Shown piece after piece: positions 54,959 through 64,000 of a stretch of 64,000 nucleotides of DNA; the stretch's first letter is position 1; each line of letters opens with the position of its first letter. Source of the DNA: a virus. Taxonomy: Duplodnaviria > Heunggongvirae > Uroviricota > Caudoviricetes. The stretch spans positions 7,787-71,786 of the IMG/VR virus record IMGVR_UViG_3300044630_002233, one strand, 5' to 3'. The notes beneath the pieces were generated by a model. It ran no database searches. It was not told the origin of the DNA and was given only the letters and a program-made list of their open reading frames with translations. Made by a program: the position numbers and the translations under genes.

Positions 54959-55899
54959 TAAACTACAGTAATAGTACCTAACATAGTTCCTGGATTTGTT
55001 TTACTGCGATACTTAAATGTTGCGCCAGTAGCAGCATCCATAGGAATCGTGAAAGTAACAGTTTCGTTTTGGTCAGCTTCGTTTCTTGTTGCGCCAGTTG
55101 ATGAAATATATGATGTCGCAGGTGCCACGTTTGAACTGTCTAGAATTTCTAAAATTTGTCCTGAACGTGTATTTGTAAAACGGTATGTATGACCACGATA
55201 CACATATAAAGTTGGGTCGCCAACACCAGCAGATGGAAGACCAGAACCTGTTACGTTATACTCAGTTGTTAATGCACCACCGAAACTAAATGACAATGCT
55301 GGGTGCATGAAAATATCACCCTTTACACCATTGACTGTTTTTACGCCATCGTTAGTAATCTGGAAGTTTGTATTTAGAGATGATGATAAAGCGATACCGT
55401 CACCAGCAATAATAGCAAGGTCTTTAGTTCCAGATGGATTTAACGAAGCAAGTCTTAGTGTAATCTGTCCAGCAAATAATGTTTCTGCTGTAATGTCATA
55501 TGTTGTATTGGTATCAGTAGAATTTAATGTAATTGTATTAGCGTCAGTTCTAACAACCGTCATGTTAGTTCCTGAAGCAAACTTAACATCATCAGTACTA
55601 GCATCTGTGCCTGTTAAGCGCAGGTTTACACCACCAGTTGCTGTCTCTGATGAAATTGCGTATTGAGTGTTTGTATCAGTAGCGATACTTGCTGGTGCAA
55701 ATGTTGTTCCATTCCAACGCAAAGCGTCTCCTGAAGCTGCTCCAGCAACGCTAACCTTTAATGTAGTAGCTCCAGAACTACCTCCAAGAGCATCATACAA
55801 TTCAGTTAATGTACTATTTACTTTGACGCCAGCATCACGCAGCGTGTCACCAGTACCATCGTTTGGTGTTGTTCCAACATTAATTAGTTGTTTTGCCAT
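54958..55899 (-). CDS. fiber-like structural protein (313 aa) occupying the position where gene 16 (small terminase) is expected
   Basis: The N-terminus LINVGTTPNDGTGDTLRDAGVKVNSTLTELY is like phage tail-fiber/baseplate N-termini. The rest is Thr/Gly/Asn-rich beta-type sequence. Confidence 0.45.
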   Translation of the reverse strand: MAKQLINVGTTPNDGTGDTLRDAGVKVNSTLTELYDALGGSSGATTLKVSVAGAASGDALRWNGTTFAPASIATDTNTQYAISSETATGGVNLRLTGTDASTDDVKFASGTNMTVVRTDANTITLNSTDTNTTYDITAETLFAGQITLRLASLNPSGTKDLAIIAGDGIALSSSLNTNFQITNDGVKTVNGVKGDIFMHPALSFSFGGALTTEYNVTGSGLPSAGVGDPTLYVYRGHTYRFTNTRSGQILEILDSSNVAPATSYISSTGATRNEADQNETVTFTIPMDAATGATFKYRSKTNPGTMLGTITVV

Positions 55900-55909
55900 T
55901 TTCTACCCC

Positions 55910-56653
55910 TTAGAAATTATCCTCGTCCCAATTTTCATTTATAGTAGCAATTGGGTTTGCTTGATCAGCTGTATATAGTGCTGGTGCATCTCCTGTAGTT
56001 TGCACAAACACTTTCTTAATTGGTCCACCACTATCAGTTGGTCCATATAAATTAACTTTTAAACTAAACGTAAGCGTATATGTTACAAAACGTCTAGTTT
56101 GAAAATCTCCATCATAATCATCTTGGACTGAAACAGAATTCAAGATGATTGGAACATCATTTACTACGTTCATTTCTGGAACAGACTTTAACGACAAAGT
56201 AAACTCTGGCGTAAAGTATGGAAGAATTTGCTCTACAATCTGCATAGCATCTTCTTGCGTTTTTGTTAGAACGTATAGAGATATATCTATATTATATGGA
56301 ACTGGCGTATACATTTTTGTATACGATGCTGGGGTGGCTCCAGCAGCTGGCTTATAACAAGCAAGCTGGTTCATTCTGTTTAACTTTCTATTAGCGTCGT
56401 ATGAAATACCAGTTATCTCAAACGACATTCTAGGAAGTGTTGTATATACTTGTTTATCTAGTAATGGATCTTCGTCTAAACGAACGATCCACTTTTCTTT
56501 TGGCGCATATGCGATTGGCACTTTAAGAGTTTGCGCAATAGCATTTGTTCCATCTTTCATTTTTCTTTCTATTTGGATGTTACTAAACAGACTACCGAAC
56601 GCTACGATAGTCTTTCTAATAATACCATGATAGAATACGTCACCGACTAACAT
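55910..56653 (-). CDS. tail sheath terminator / neck protein (gp15-like by position)
   Basis: Gene order 13-14-15-(16)-17 as in T4-like phages. Confidence 0.4.
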   Translation of the reverse strand: MLVGDVFYHGIIRKTIVAFGSLFSNIQIERKMKDGTNAIAQTLKVPIAYAPKEKWIVRLDEDPLLDKQVYTTLPRMSFEITGISYDANRKLNRMNQLACYKPAAGATPASYTKMYTPVPYNIDISLYVLTKTQEDAMQIVEQILPYFTPEFTLSLKSVPEMNVVNDVPIILNSVSVQDDYDGDFQTRRFVTYTLTFSLKVNLYGPTDSGGPIKKVFVQTTGDAPALYTADQANPIATINENWDEDNF

Positions 56654-57309
56654 TAATTTACATCCCCAAACGGATTATTTTTATCAAACAACACATCGTT
56701 TGCTTCAGTCTTAAACTTAGTGTTATCGCCAAATGATTGCGACTTTTGCACATCAGAATTAATGTTCACATCAAACGACTTCAAGTTTTCAAACACATCG
56801 ATACTAGGAAGACCTGTATCAATTTTCTCAGAAGCATATTGAAACAACTCAACTTGTAATTTATAGACATAAAGTCTACCAAGTTGATAAAACGGATCTT
56901 CGTGTTTAACGAATTTAATTTCAAATAGACCACCAGACAAAGGAAAATATAGTAAGTCTCCTTCGTTTGGTCTATTTGGAATTATTGTTTGTCCAAATCT
57001 TCCAACGAGTTGTTCCCAACGACGACGAGCAACAGTAAGTGTTGCGCTAAATTCATTCATCAAACCGAACTTCTGAATAAATGCACCTTGACCATCAAAA
57101 GCGTCAATGTTCTCAAAGTACATCTCGATAGGATAAGCTGTTTTAAATTTGCTTAAACGATCTTCGCCAAGAATCTCATCCTTTGCGATAAGAGTTCTTG
57201 GAATATAATACATCTCTTGGCCATAAATTGCTAGAGACTCAACAATCAGATCTTCTATTAGATACTGTTCGTTTTTTGTTCCATTGGTAAAATAGACATT
57301 GCGTGCCAT
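56653..57309 (-). CDS. neck protein (gp14-like by position)
   Basis: Gene order; 218 aa. Confidence 0.4.
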   Translation of the reverse strand: MARNVYFTNGTKNEQYLIEDLIVESLAIYGQEMYYIPRTLIAKDEILGEDRLSKFKTAYPIEMYFENIDAFDGQGAFIQKFGLMNEFSATLTVARRRWEQLVGRFGQTIIPNRPNEGDLLYFPLSGGLFEIKFVKHEDPFYQLGRLYVYKLQVELFQYASEKIDTGLPSIDVFENLKSFDVNINSDVQKSQSFGDNTKFKTEANDVLFDKNNPFGDVN

Positions 57310-57312
57310 AAT

Positions 57313-58053
57313 TTATCCCATGAAAAATTCTAATGGCGCAGATTTGTTTTGAAGGTTATCTTCTAACGTGCGCATCTCTTCGATAGCCTCTCTGTAAATT
57401 CCATCACCGTCTATTGTTACACCACCTGGAAGTTGAAGACCATTAAATTTTTTCAGGTTAGTACCCCACTGTTTTTTAAATAACGCAGAGGTATAGTGTT
57501 TTAACCACTGTTCATTCCAGACTTTAGGGAATGTTGTTGGGTCTAGTACACGATATGCTTCAACCAAAATAAATTGCCCTTCAGTAACTTCAGTACCCCA
57601 ATCAATGTCAATGTGTAAACGATCCTGAAGTCTATTGAATCTATACATAACGCTACCATTCAACACATTATCTAATAGTGCCAAATGATTCATTACTGTT
57701 TTATAGTAGATGATTGATGTAGATGTTAAGTCATACAAATCGTTTAGTCTTAATTGATATTGTAAATCAAAAATAGACTTAGAAGTTGTTGTGCTTGAAA
57801 TAATTGGAAACACACGTGTAACACCATATACTAAATCGTTAACAGGAATGTATCTGTTAGTGATGTCAGTTGCAGTAACTTGGTGTTTCATATAGATTTT
57901 TTCTATACCATCATAGTGGTATTGTCTCCAATATTCTAGAGCTTCGTCAATACGATCTTCTAATTGATCATCATCTACGTTAATCTCTACTACTGGTGCG
58001 CCCAATTCTCTTAGGCAATATTCTTTTAAACCTTGTCTTGATGATACTGCCAT
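57313..58053 (-). CDS. neck protein (gp13-like by position)
   Basis: Gene order; 246 aa. Confidence 0.4.
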   Translation of the reverse strand: MAVSSRQGLKEYCLRELGAPVVEINVDDDQLEDRIDEALEYWRQYHYDGIEKIYMKHQVTATDITNRYIPVNDLVYGVTRVFPIISSTTTSKSIFDLQYQLRLNDLYDLTSTSIIYYKTVMNHLALLDNVLNGSVMYRFNRLQDRLHIDIDWGTEVTEGQFILVEAYRVLDPTTFPKVWNEQWLKHYTSALFKKQWGTNLKKFNGLQLPGGVTIDGDGIYREAIEEMRTLEDNLQNKSAPLEFFMG

Positions 58054-58054
58054 G

Positions 58055-59683
58055 TTAAGCTCCTAGTGCAATGGCGAAAGGTATACCTGATAACCCAGCG
58101 CCAGCTTTGGTTGCCATCGCTATATTACTTCCAGAAGGGTAGTTACCTGCTGAGTCTTTATTTGTCATCATGTCACCATTAGCATCAATCATAATTTTTG
58201 TAGTGCCCAAGTAAATGGATGAGCCTGCTAGATACAAGTCACGGAATCTATTTGTTGCGCTACCTAAGTCATAGGTAATGTTTGCTGTTGGCAAGAAGTG
58301 ACCAGTAATATTTGTATTGCCACTTAATGTAGCAGTTGTTAGCGTTGGGCTTGTACCAAAGACTAATGCGCCAGAACCTGTTTCGTCAGAAATAACACCA
58401 AGTAATTCAGCTGAAGATGTAGCAGCAAACTGCGATAGGTTACCCGAAGTAACAGCAAGACCAGTAACAGAACCACCTAGTGAAACAGCAGAACCATTAA
58501 TGCTGATGCTACTATTTGTTAGAGAAGAGTTGCCAATATTAGATAGAGTGTTGTTTGCACCACTAATAGTTTTATTTGTTAGAGTTTCAGAACCAGCAAG
58601 AGATGCCAAGTCAGCATCGGTTACAGCAGTATTAAACTGAGCCAATGTTCCACTTACGGTATTGCTACCTAGAGCAATCGTTTTATTTGTAAGTGTTTGT
58701 GAAACTGAATTCTGACCATCTACATAGGTCTTAACTGCTTTCTCTGTTGGGATTGCATCGTCAGCGTTTCCAGCTAATGTTCCGTCGGCACTAAATTCAG
58801 CAACAGAAACTCCAGCATTAAATCCCAATCCTGTAATATTAGCAATTGTTCCACCAGTTAAGTTAGCAGAACCTTTGAAAGAAGTAGCTTCAATACCAAT
58901 GTTTGCTGTCCACAATCCAGTTGCGTTTACAAATGTAAAGGTCTTATCTGTTGCACCTTTAAGAGTAATACCACCACCATCTGCTGTAGTATCTGTAGGA
59001 GTAGCAATATCTCCAAGTACAATATTCTTATCATCAACTGCTAGAGTTGTTGAGTTAATTGTTGTAGTTGTTCCGTTTACTGTTAAGTCGCCTGAAACAA
59101 CTAGATCTTTATTGATTGTTGTAGTACCACCACTAGCAGAACCAATGTTAATGTTTGTTGTAGAACCTGATGCACCACCAGTACCAAGATTCAATGTTTT
59201 TGTGACACCTGAACCAGTAGCAGCAGTAGCTAAGTTTACTGTATTTACTCCAGTACCAGTGTTACCAATATTGAATGTGGTTGCTGCAGCACCAAAGTTA
59301 ATTGTTGTTGGTGTGTCTAGTAAAGTAAACGATGCACTCGCAGATGCCAGAGATGTTCCGACAGACGGAGTATTTAAAACTGGCGATGTTAAAGTTTTGT
59401 TTGTTAGAGTTTCTGAACCGTCTAAAGAAACAAGATCTGCATCAGAAACCGCAGAATTTAATTGTGCCAGTGTTGCGGATAAAGTATTACTTGTTAGGTT
59501 AATTGTCTTATTGGTTAGAGTTTGTGTAGCAGCTTTCTGTACTAACTCAAAACCACCAGCAGTAGCTCCATCGTGAACACGAATTGTGTCTAACGTAGTA
59601 TCTACTGTTAGTTCGCCTTCTGCTCCAGTAAAGGCATTATTTTGTGTAGTATTACCACGTCTAAATTGCACAACTGTTGGCAT
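58055..59683 (-). CDS. tail fiber protein (542 aa) with conserved N-terminal anchor motif
   Basis: N-terminus VQFRRGNTTQNNAFTGAEGELTVDTTLDTIRVHDG, then long Thr/Gly/Ser/Asn/Leu beta-repeat sequence. Confidence 0.6.
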   Translation of the reverse strand: MPTVVQFRRGNTTQNNAFTGAEGELTVDTTLDTIRVHDGATAGGFELVQKAATQTLTNKTINLTSNTLSATLAQLNSAVSDADLVSLDGSETLTNKTLTSPVLNTPSVGTSLASASASFTLLDTPTTINFGAAATTFNIGNTGTGVNTVNLATAATGSGVTKTLNLGTGGASGSTTNINIGSASGGTTTINKDLVVSGDLTVNGTTTTINSTTLAVDDKNIVLGDIATPTDTTADGGGITLKGATDKTFTFVNATGLWTANIGIEATSFKGSANLTGGTIANITGLGFNAGVSVAEFSADGTLAGNADDAIPTEKAVKTYVDGQNSVSQTLTNKTIALGSNTVSGTLAQFNTAVTDADLASLAGSETLTNKTISGANNTLSNIGNSSLTNSSISINGSAVSLGGSVTGLAVTSGNLSQFAATSSAELLGVISDETGSGALVFGTSPTLTTATLSGNTNITGHFLPTANITYDLGSATNRFRDLYLAGSSIYLGTTKIMIDANGDMMTNKDSAGNYPSGSNIAMATKAGAGLSGIPFAIALGA

Positions 59684-59697
59684 TTATATCTCCACTC

Positions 59698-60444
59698 TTA
59701 TAATGTTCCAAAGTTTACTGTTCTAAGATACCCTGAGTATCCAGCTAAATCATAATCTTTGGCAGATGTTATTGCAACACCGAACGCATCTAATGTTGGG
59801 GAGAATGCAGTAAAATCGCCATAGTCTCCTGTAGGAAACACTTCTGTATTAACTACATCTTCTACATATGCTTCAGAAGCAAATGACCCAGATGACAATC
59901 CAGTATTAGTAATTGTAATTTTATTTAGGATGGAATCCAAAGTAATAGAAATACCTGAACCGCCCACAATATCTAAACTTGATGATGTAACTGCAGATAA
60001 TGAGGTCTGGCTTGGTGAAGTTATACTAGCAAAACCAGAACCATTTGGAATCCAAGATACATTACCACTACCATCAGTTGATAAAACATAATTTGGTGAA
60101 CCATCGCTGGTAGGTAAAGTATAAGCATTATTAACGCCAACCGAACCAGCATTTAATTTTCCACCAATACCAACACCACCTGTAACCTTTAGTGCACCAG
60201 TAGTAGTTGATGACGAAGCAGTAGCATTACTTAATGTGATAGCGTTTGATGATGAAGCGCCACGACTAGTAATGTTTTGAAGTGTATCACTAGCAGTAGC
60301 AATTAAAACAACATTACCACCACTATCTTTTGAATATATTTTCTTATCGGCTGAATTAAATGCGACTTCTCCGACCGCAAGGTCTGCTGCCAACGGCACT
60401 GCGTTGGCAACTTCAGATCGCTTTAATTTAATTACGTTTGCCAT
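59698..60444 (-). CDS. tail fiber protein (248 aa) with the same N-terminal anchor motif
   Basis: N-terminus VIKLKRSEVANAVPLAADLAVGEVAFNSADKKIYSKD. Confidence 0.55.
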   Translation of the reverse strand: MANVIKLKRSEVANAVPLAADLAVGEVAFNSADKKIYSKDSGGNVVLIATASDTLQNITSRGASSSNAITLSNATASSSTTTGALKVTGGVGIGGKLNAGSVGVNNAYTLPTSDGSPNYVLSTDGSGNVSWIPNGSGFASITSPSQTSLSAVTSSSLDIVGGSGISITLDSILNKITITNTGLSSGSFASEAYVEDVVNTEVFPTGDYGDFTAFSPTLDAFGVAITSAKDYDLAGYSGYLRTVNFGTL

Positions 60445-63014
60445 TAAGCGTATGTTCCACCATCAAGATCACCGTATACTAGAGTAGTTCCATTAGATTG
60501 TAGAACTTGACCATTAGTACCGATAGTTAATTTAGCAAGACTTGTTGCACCATTAGCGACTAATAAGTCGCCAACTGCATATGATGTCAAACCAGTACCA
60601 CCTCTGTTTACTGCGATAGTTGTAGCATTCCAAGTACCAGTAGTAATAGTACCTAATGTTGTAATTGTGTTTTGACCGATATAGGTAGAAGCAATGTCAA
60701 TGCTATCTGCATTAACAGTAATTCTATCTGCAGTTCCACCAATATCCAATACACCAGCTGTTAAGGTTAAACCAGCGCCAGCAACAGATGATTTTAATTG
60801 TAATGCGTCAGCAGCAATTTCAAGACCACCAGTTGCTGCTAGGTTAACATCAATAACACCAGCTGAATATGTCAAACCAGAACCAGCGATAGTTGATTCT
60901 AGAGAGATTACGCCATTAGAAAAATCTAAACCAGTTCCTGCTACAGTAGATTTTAGTCCTAGTTCATCAGATACAATCTCAAGACCACCTTGAGTTTGTA
61001 AAACGATATCAATAGTATTTCCTGTAAACGCTAAACCAGAACCAGCGATATATGTTCCTGCACCAGAGAATTGCTCAAATACAATATTAGATGTTCCGAT
61101 GGCTGTTGATTTAACAGTTTGTACCCAACCTGTTTTACCGTTTACTGTACCATTAGAAACGAATAGGAAGTCACCAGAAGCAACTTCATCTGTTGTATTA
61201 AAGTCAGAAGAACGAGTAAATACAGTTGAAGAAGTGCGGATGTAAATACCGTTATGAGCAGCGTTTGCTTGATTCTTAATTAAGACACGATCACCGTTTA
61301 CTAGTGAATAGCCATCCATGCTATTCATAGGTGTATCTGTAGTTAATGTTGCGCCGACACCATCTGTGCCGTTATCATAAGTTACTGAACCAGCAATCGG
61401 TGCTGTAGTAGCAGCTAATACTGATGCGTGGATATGCAAACCTTCAGCAACAGCATCTACGTATGCTTTGTTAGCAGCATCAGTTGGTGATAGAGGAGTT
61501 GCAACATCTCTTAGTAATGCTCCACTTACAGAAACGTGTCCTGTTCCGTTTGGATCAAGAGTAATACCACCGTTAGTGTCAGTTGCAGTAATAGTGTTAC
61601 CGTTGATGTTTAAGTTATCAACAGTTAATTCTGTAAGACCAGCAAGGGTAGTAGATGTTCCACCAAGAGAAACTGATGTAGAACCAATTGTTACACTTGA
61701 GTTTTCTAATTGAGCATTGCTGACACCTGCAGTCTTAATGCTAACTGCGCCAGCTGTTACTGTAAAATCGCCACCATCGAAAGAAGCAACACCAAGATTA
61801 GAACCTGTTGCAACTTCACCAGCAACAGTAATAGTAGTACCAGAGTGAGTAACATCAATACCTTCACCACCAAGGATGGTGATAGCATTGCCAGCCATGT
61901 TGATTGCGCCAGAATCAGTTGTAATATTTTGTACAACATTATCGTTTAGAACAACATTACCAGCTGTTACTGTAAATCCTGCTGACGAGAATGAAGCAAC
62001 ACCCTTGTTAGATGAAGATGCGTCTTCTGCTGCGATAGTAAGTGTATTTGTAGAAGAATTGATAGAAGTATCAATACCTTCACCACCAACGACATTTAGC
62101 GTATCGTTCAATAGAGAGATAGTATCGCTACCAGTGTCTCCAGAGATTGACAAGTTTGTTGCTACGTTTACTGTTCCTGCAGCAGACAAACGACCTTTGC
62201 TGTCAACAGTAAATGTTGGAATTTGTGTACTAGAACCATAAGAACCAGCAGTTACACCAGTTGTCTTAAGGTCTAGTGTAGTAGTGCCAGCTGTATCATT
62301 ATAGGTAGCATCAATTTCTGTACTATCACTAATCTGTCCACCAGTAACATCTTGAATATATTCTTGTAGGGTATCAGCACCAATCATCACCCCACCATTA
62401 AATGTAGCAGTACCTGTTACACCTAATGTGCTAGAAGCAGTTAATGTAGTAAACGCACCAGTACTTGGTGTTGTATTGCCGATTGGCGTATTATTGATAG
62501 AAGTAAAATTACCTGCACCAGCAGAAAGTTGTCCATTAAGGTATAATGCGCCCTCAATAGATGCACCACCTGCTACTTGTAATGCGCCAGTATTAGATCC
62601 TGTCGCTGCAGCGGTAGAAGAAATTTTAACTGCGCCAGTAGTAACATTAACAGATCCAGTACCATTAGCAGCAAGATTTAAATCGCCATTTGTGTCTGTA
62701 ACACTAATAGTATTTCCATTTAAATCGATATTGTCAACTTTTAAGTTGTCGATCTTACTATTAGCGTCAGTAATAATAGCAGAGTTTGCTGTCAGCGTTC
62801 CTTTTGCATGATCCAGCATGTCGGTAAAGAACTTACCACCAATAACAATATGCGCAGCTGCATTTCCACCAGTTTCTGTACCAGAACCGATATAAAGACG
62901 ATCACCACCACTGACAACACTAGAGTCGGCTGCAGAATATGCTAACTCACCATTTCCCAGCGTACTTGGATCGCCAGCAGTAGTTGATCTTTTAATACGA
63001 ATAATAGATGCCAT
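60444..63014 (-). CDS. long tail fiber protein (856 aa) with the same N-terminal anchor motif
   Basis: N-terminus IIRIKRSTTAGDPSTLGNGELAYSAADSS, with repetitive Gly/Thr/Ala/Ser/Asn beta-helix-like sequence. Confidence 0.6.
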   Translation of the reverse strand: MASIIRIKRSTTAGDPSTLGNGELAYSAADSSVVSGGDRLYIGSGTETGGNAAAHIVIGGKFFTDMLDHAKGTLTANSAIITDANSKIDNLKVDNIDLNGNTISVTDTNGDLNLAANGTGSVNVTTGAVKISSTAAATGSNTGALQVAGGASIEGALYLNGQLSAGAGNFTSINNTPIGNTTPSTGAFTTLTASSTLGVTGTATFNGGVMIGADTLQEYIQDVTGGQISDSTEIDATYNDTAGTTTLDLKTTGVTAGSYGSSTQIPTFTVDSKGRLSAAGTVNVATNLSISGDTGSDTISLLNDTLNVVGGEGIDTSINSSTNTLTIAAEDASSSNKGVASFSSAGFTVTAGNVVLNDNVVQNITTDSGAINMAGNAITILGGEGIDVTHSGTTITVAGEVATGSNLGVASFDGGDFTVTAGAVSIKTAGVSNAQLENSSVTIGSTSVSLGGTSTTLAGLTELTVDNLNINGNTITATDTNGGITLDPNGTGHVSVSGALLRDVATPLSPTDAANKAYVDAVAEGLHIHASVLAATTAPIAGSVTYDNGTDGVGATLTTDTPMNSMDGYSLVNGDRVLIKNQANAAHNGIYIRTSSTVFTRSSDFNTTDEVASGDFLFVSNGTVNGKTGWVQTVKSTAIGTSNIVFEQFSGAGTYIAGSGLAFTGNTIDIVLQTQGGLEIVSDELGLKSTVAGTGLDFSNGVISLESTIAGSGLTYSAGVIDVNLAATGGLEIAADALQLKSSVAGAGLTLTAGVLDIGGTADRITVNADSIDIASTYIGQNTITTLGTITTGTWNATTIAVNRGGTGLTSYAVGDLLVANGATSLAKLTIGTNGQVLQSNGTTLVYGDLDGGTYA

Positions 63015-63030
63015 CTAAATTCTCCAGTTT

Positions 63031-63288
63031 TTAATAGTGCCCGCCTTCCATGTTTTGGGCGTCTAATGTTGTTGTTGATGTCCATTTCGAAGTAGCAGTT
63101 CTGTATACCAACATTGAACCATTGACTTTTCCGTTAGTTGTTACGTCAATTTCTACATTAGAACTTAAAGGAACGTCCGCAGAAGATGGTCCTTGTATTC
63201 CAATAGAAGATACTTGAGTTGCGCTACCAGTAGAATCAACTACAGCAGTTATGTTTGGGTCTGCCACCACTACAGTCATATCAGTCAT
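63031..63288 (-). CDS. small structural beta-protein (85 aa)
   Basis: ORF immediately upstream of the fiber gene; Thr/Ser/Val-rich. Confidence 0.35.
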   Translation of the reverse strand: MTDMTVVVADPNITAVVDSTGSATQVSSIGIQGPSSADVPLSSNVEIDVTTNGKVNGSMLVYRTATSKWTSTTTLDAQNMEGGHY

Positions 63289-63292
63289 CTTG

Positions 63293-63622
63293 TTACCTCG
63301 TAATTTCTGGTGATATAACTATAATTCCTTCTAAGACTCTTTTTCTTTCTCCACTACCAACAATTTCTATATCATACAGATATCTACCTGCTTGAATCGC
63401 AGATGATGCTGTTGCTGATAATTGTAATCTTATTTGACCTGCTATTGCATTATGAACAGTAGCAACAAAGTCTGTCTTAGATGAAGATTGATAGGATTTT
63501 CTAAATTGAGACGCTACAGTATATCCAGTCAAATTCATGACTGTCCCGTTCTGATTAGTCAATGTTATAATTGAACTATAATCAGATCCTTGGTCGATAT
63601 AAAGATTAGATACTGTTGCCAC
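63293..63622 (-). CDS. Ig/FN3-like structural protein (109 aa)
   Basis: Beta-rich composition, GTG start with a GAGGGG RBS, and a late promoter 25 nt upstream. Confidence 0.4.
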   Translation of the reverse strand: MATVSNLYIDQGSDYSSIITLTNQNGTVMNLTGYTVASQFRKSYQSSSKTDFVATVHNAIAGQIRLQLSATASSAIQAGRYLYDIEIVGSGERKRVLEGIIVISPEITR

Positions 63623-63646
63623 TTTTACCCCTCTAGTCTACTACTA

Positions 63647-63654
63647 TATTTATA
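63647..63654 (-). promoter_or_regulatory. T4-type late promoter TATAAATA
   Basis: Minus strand reads TATAAATA between the terminator at 63.68 kb and the gene start at 63622. Confidence 0.5.
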
Positions 63655-63675
63655 ATTAATGCAAGGTAGAAACAA

Positions 63676-63694
63676 AAAGACCCTTTCGGGTCTT
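63676..63694 (-). terminator. Intrinsic terminator (AAGACCC-GAAA-GGGTCTT plus T5)
   Basis: Minus strand reads AAGACCCGAAAGGGTCTTTTTGTTTC, directly after the stop of the upstream structural gene. Confidence 0.65.
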
Positions 63695-63697
63695 AAA

Positions 63698-64000
63698 TTA
63701 AGTTACTACGAACCAACTAACCCCATCTGACGCAATTGTAGCAGAAGAGTTTGGCGTAACCGTTGTAATATTTGCCCCAGCATTAATTATAACTGATACC
63801 GTAGAACTTCTATTTCTAACGATAACTTGATAACCTGCCATTTCAACAGCAGTAGGGATAAAAACAGTTCTATTTGTAGTAATAGGGTTTACTGAAAGGA
63901 TATCAGGTAAATCTGAAGCATCTATTGTTAAATTATCTGTAAGATCTCTAACGATAAACGATCTTCCATATTTTGGAACTAGAAGTTGTTTTCCAAGATA
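63698..64000 (-). CDS. structural (fiber/baseplate-like) protein, C-terminal part; the gene starts beyond the window end
   Basis: The minus strand is open from the window edge down to the TAA at 63700..63698. Hand translation ends ...GYQVIVRNRSSTVSVIINAGANITTVTPNSSATIASDGVSWFVVT. Confidence 0.45.
   Translation of the reverse strand, partial: YLGKQLLVPKYGRSFIVRDLTDNLTIDASDLPDILSVNPITTNRTVFIPTAVEMAGYQVIVRNRSSTVSVIINAGANITTVTPNSSATIASDGVSWFVVT

Noticed and set aside
1-64000. CRISPR arrays, integrase/transposase genes and homing endonucleases.
   Set aside because: No direct-repeat/spacer arrays, no tyrosine or serine recombinase motifs, and no GIY-YIG/HNH/LAGLIDADG signatures were noticed. The only repeats are the regulatory cassettes described.

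Overview
This window is a 64-kb segment of an AT-rich T4-like myovirus genome of the marine cyanophage or pelagimyophage type. Every credible gene is on the minus strand.

Three blocks are recognisable by T4 gene order and protein motifs.

- **Replication/recombination block (~20-44 kb):** gp41 helicase, UvsX, B-family DNA polymerase gp43, DexA-like exonuclease, RegA, gp62, gp44, gp45, gp46/gp47, late sigma factor gp55, UvsW, UvsY and primase gp61.
- **Morphogenesis block (~44.5-64 kb):** a gp3-like protein, major capsid protein gp23, scaffold gp22, prohead protease gp21, core proteins, portal gp20, tail tube gp19, sheath gp18, large terminase gp17, neck proteins and three tail fibers that share an N-terminal motif.
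- **Hyperplastic island (~2.2-20 kb), between primase and helicase:** unusual cargo, listed below.

Phage auxiliary genes present are thyX, two 2OG-Fe(II) oxygenases, Hsp20, CobS/CobT, an SPFH lipoprotein and Dps.

The most unusual items are:

- a 25-codon PqqA-like precursor peptide gene with a strong ribosome-binding site;
- an adjacent TET/JBP-like dioxygenase and T4 beta-glucosyltransferase-like gene, a candidate DNA hypermodification module of the base-J type;
- a run of island proteins with T4 internal-protein-like capsid-targeting N-termini, including a NadM-like nucleotidyltransferase fusion, an Rnl1 RNA ligase, a HAD phosphatase and a giant polyanionic AT-hook protein;
- repeated regulatory cassettes, made of a stem-loop plus a sigma70-like early promoter, resembling PeSL elements;
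- a 45-nt palindromic repeat found upstream of both the primase and gp55 genes.

No tRNA, CRISPR array or transposase was seen.
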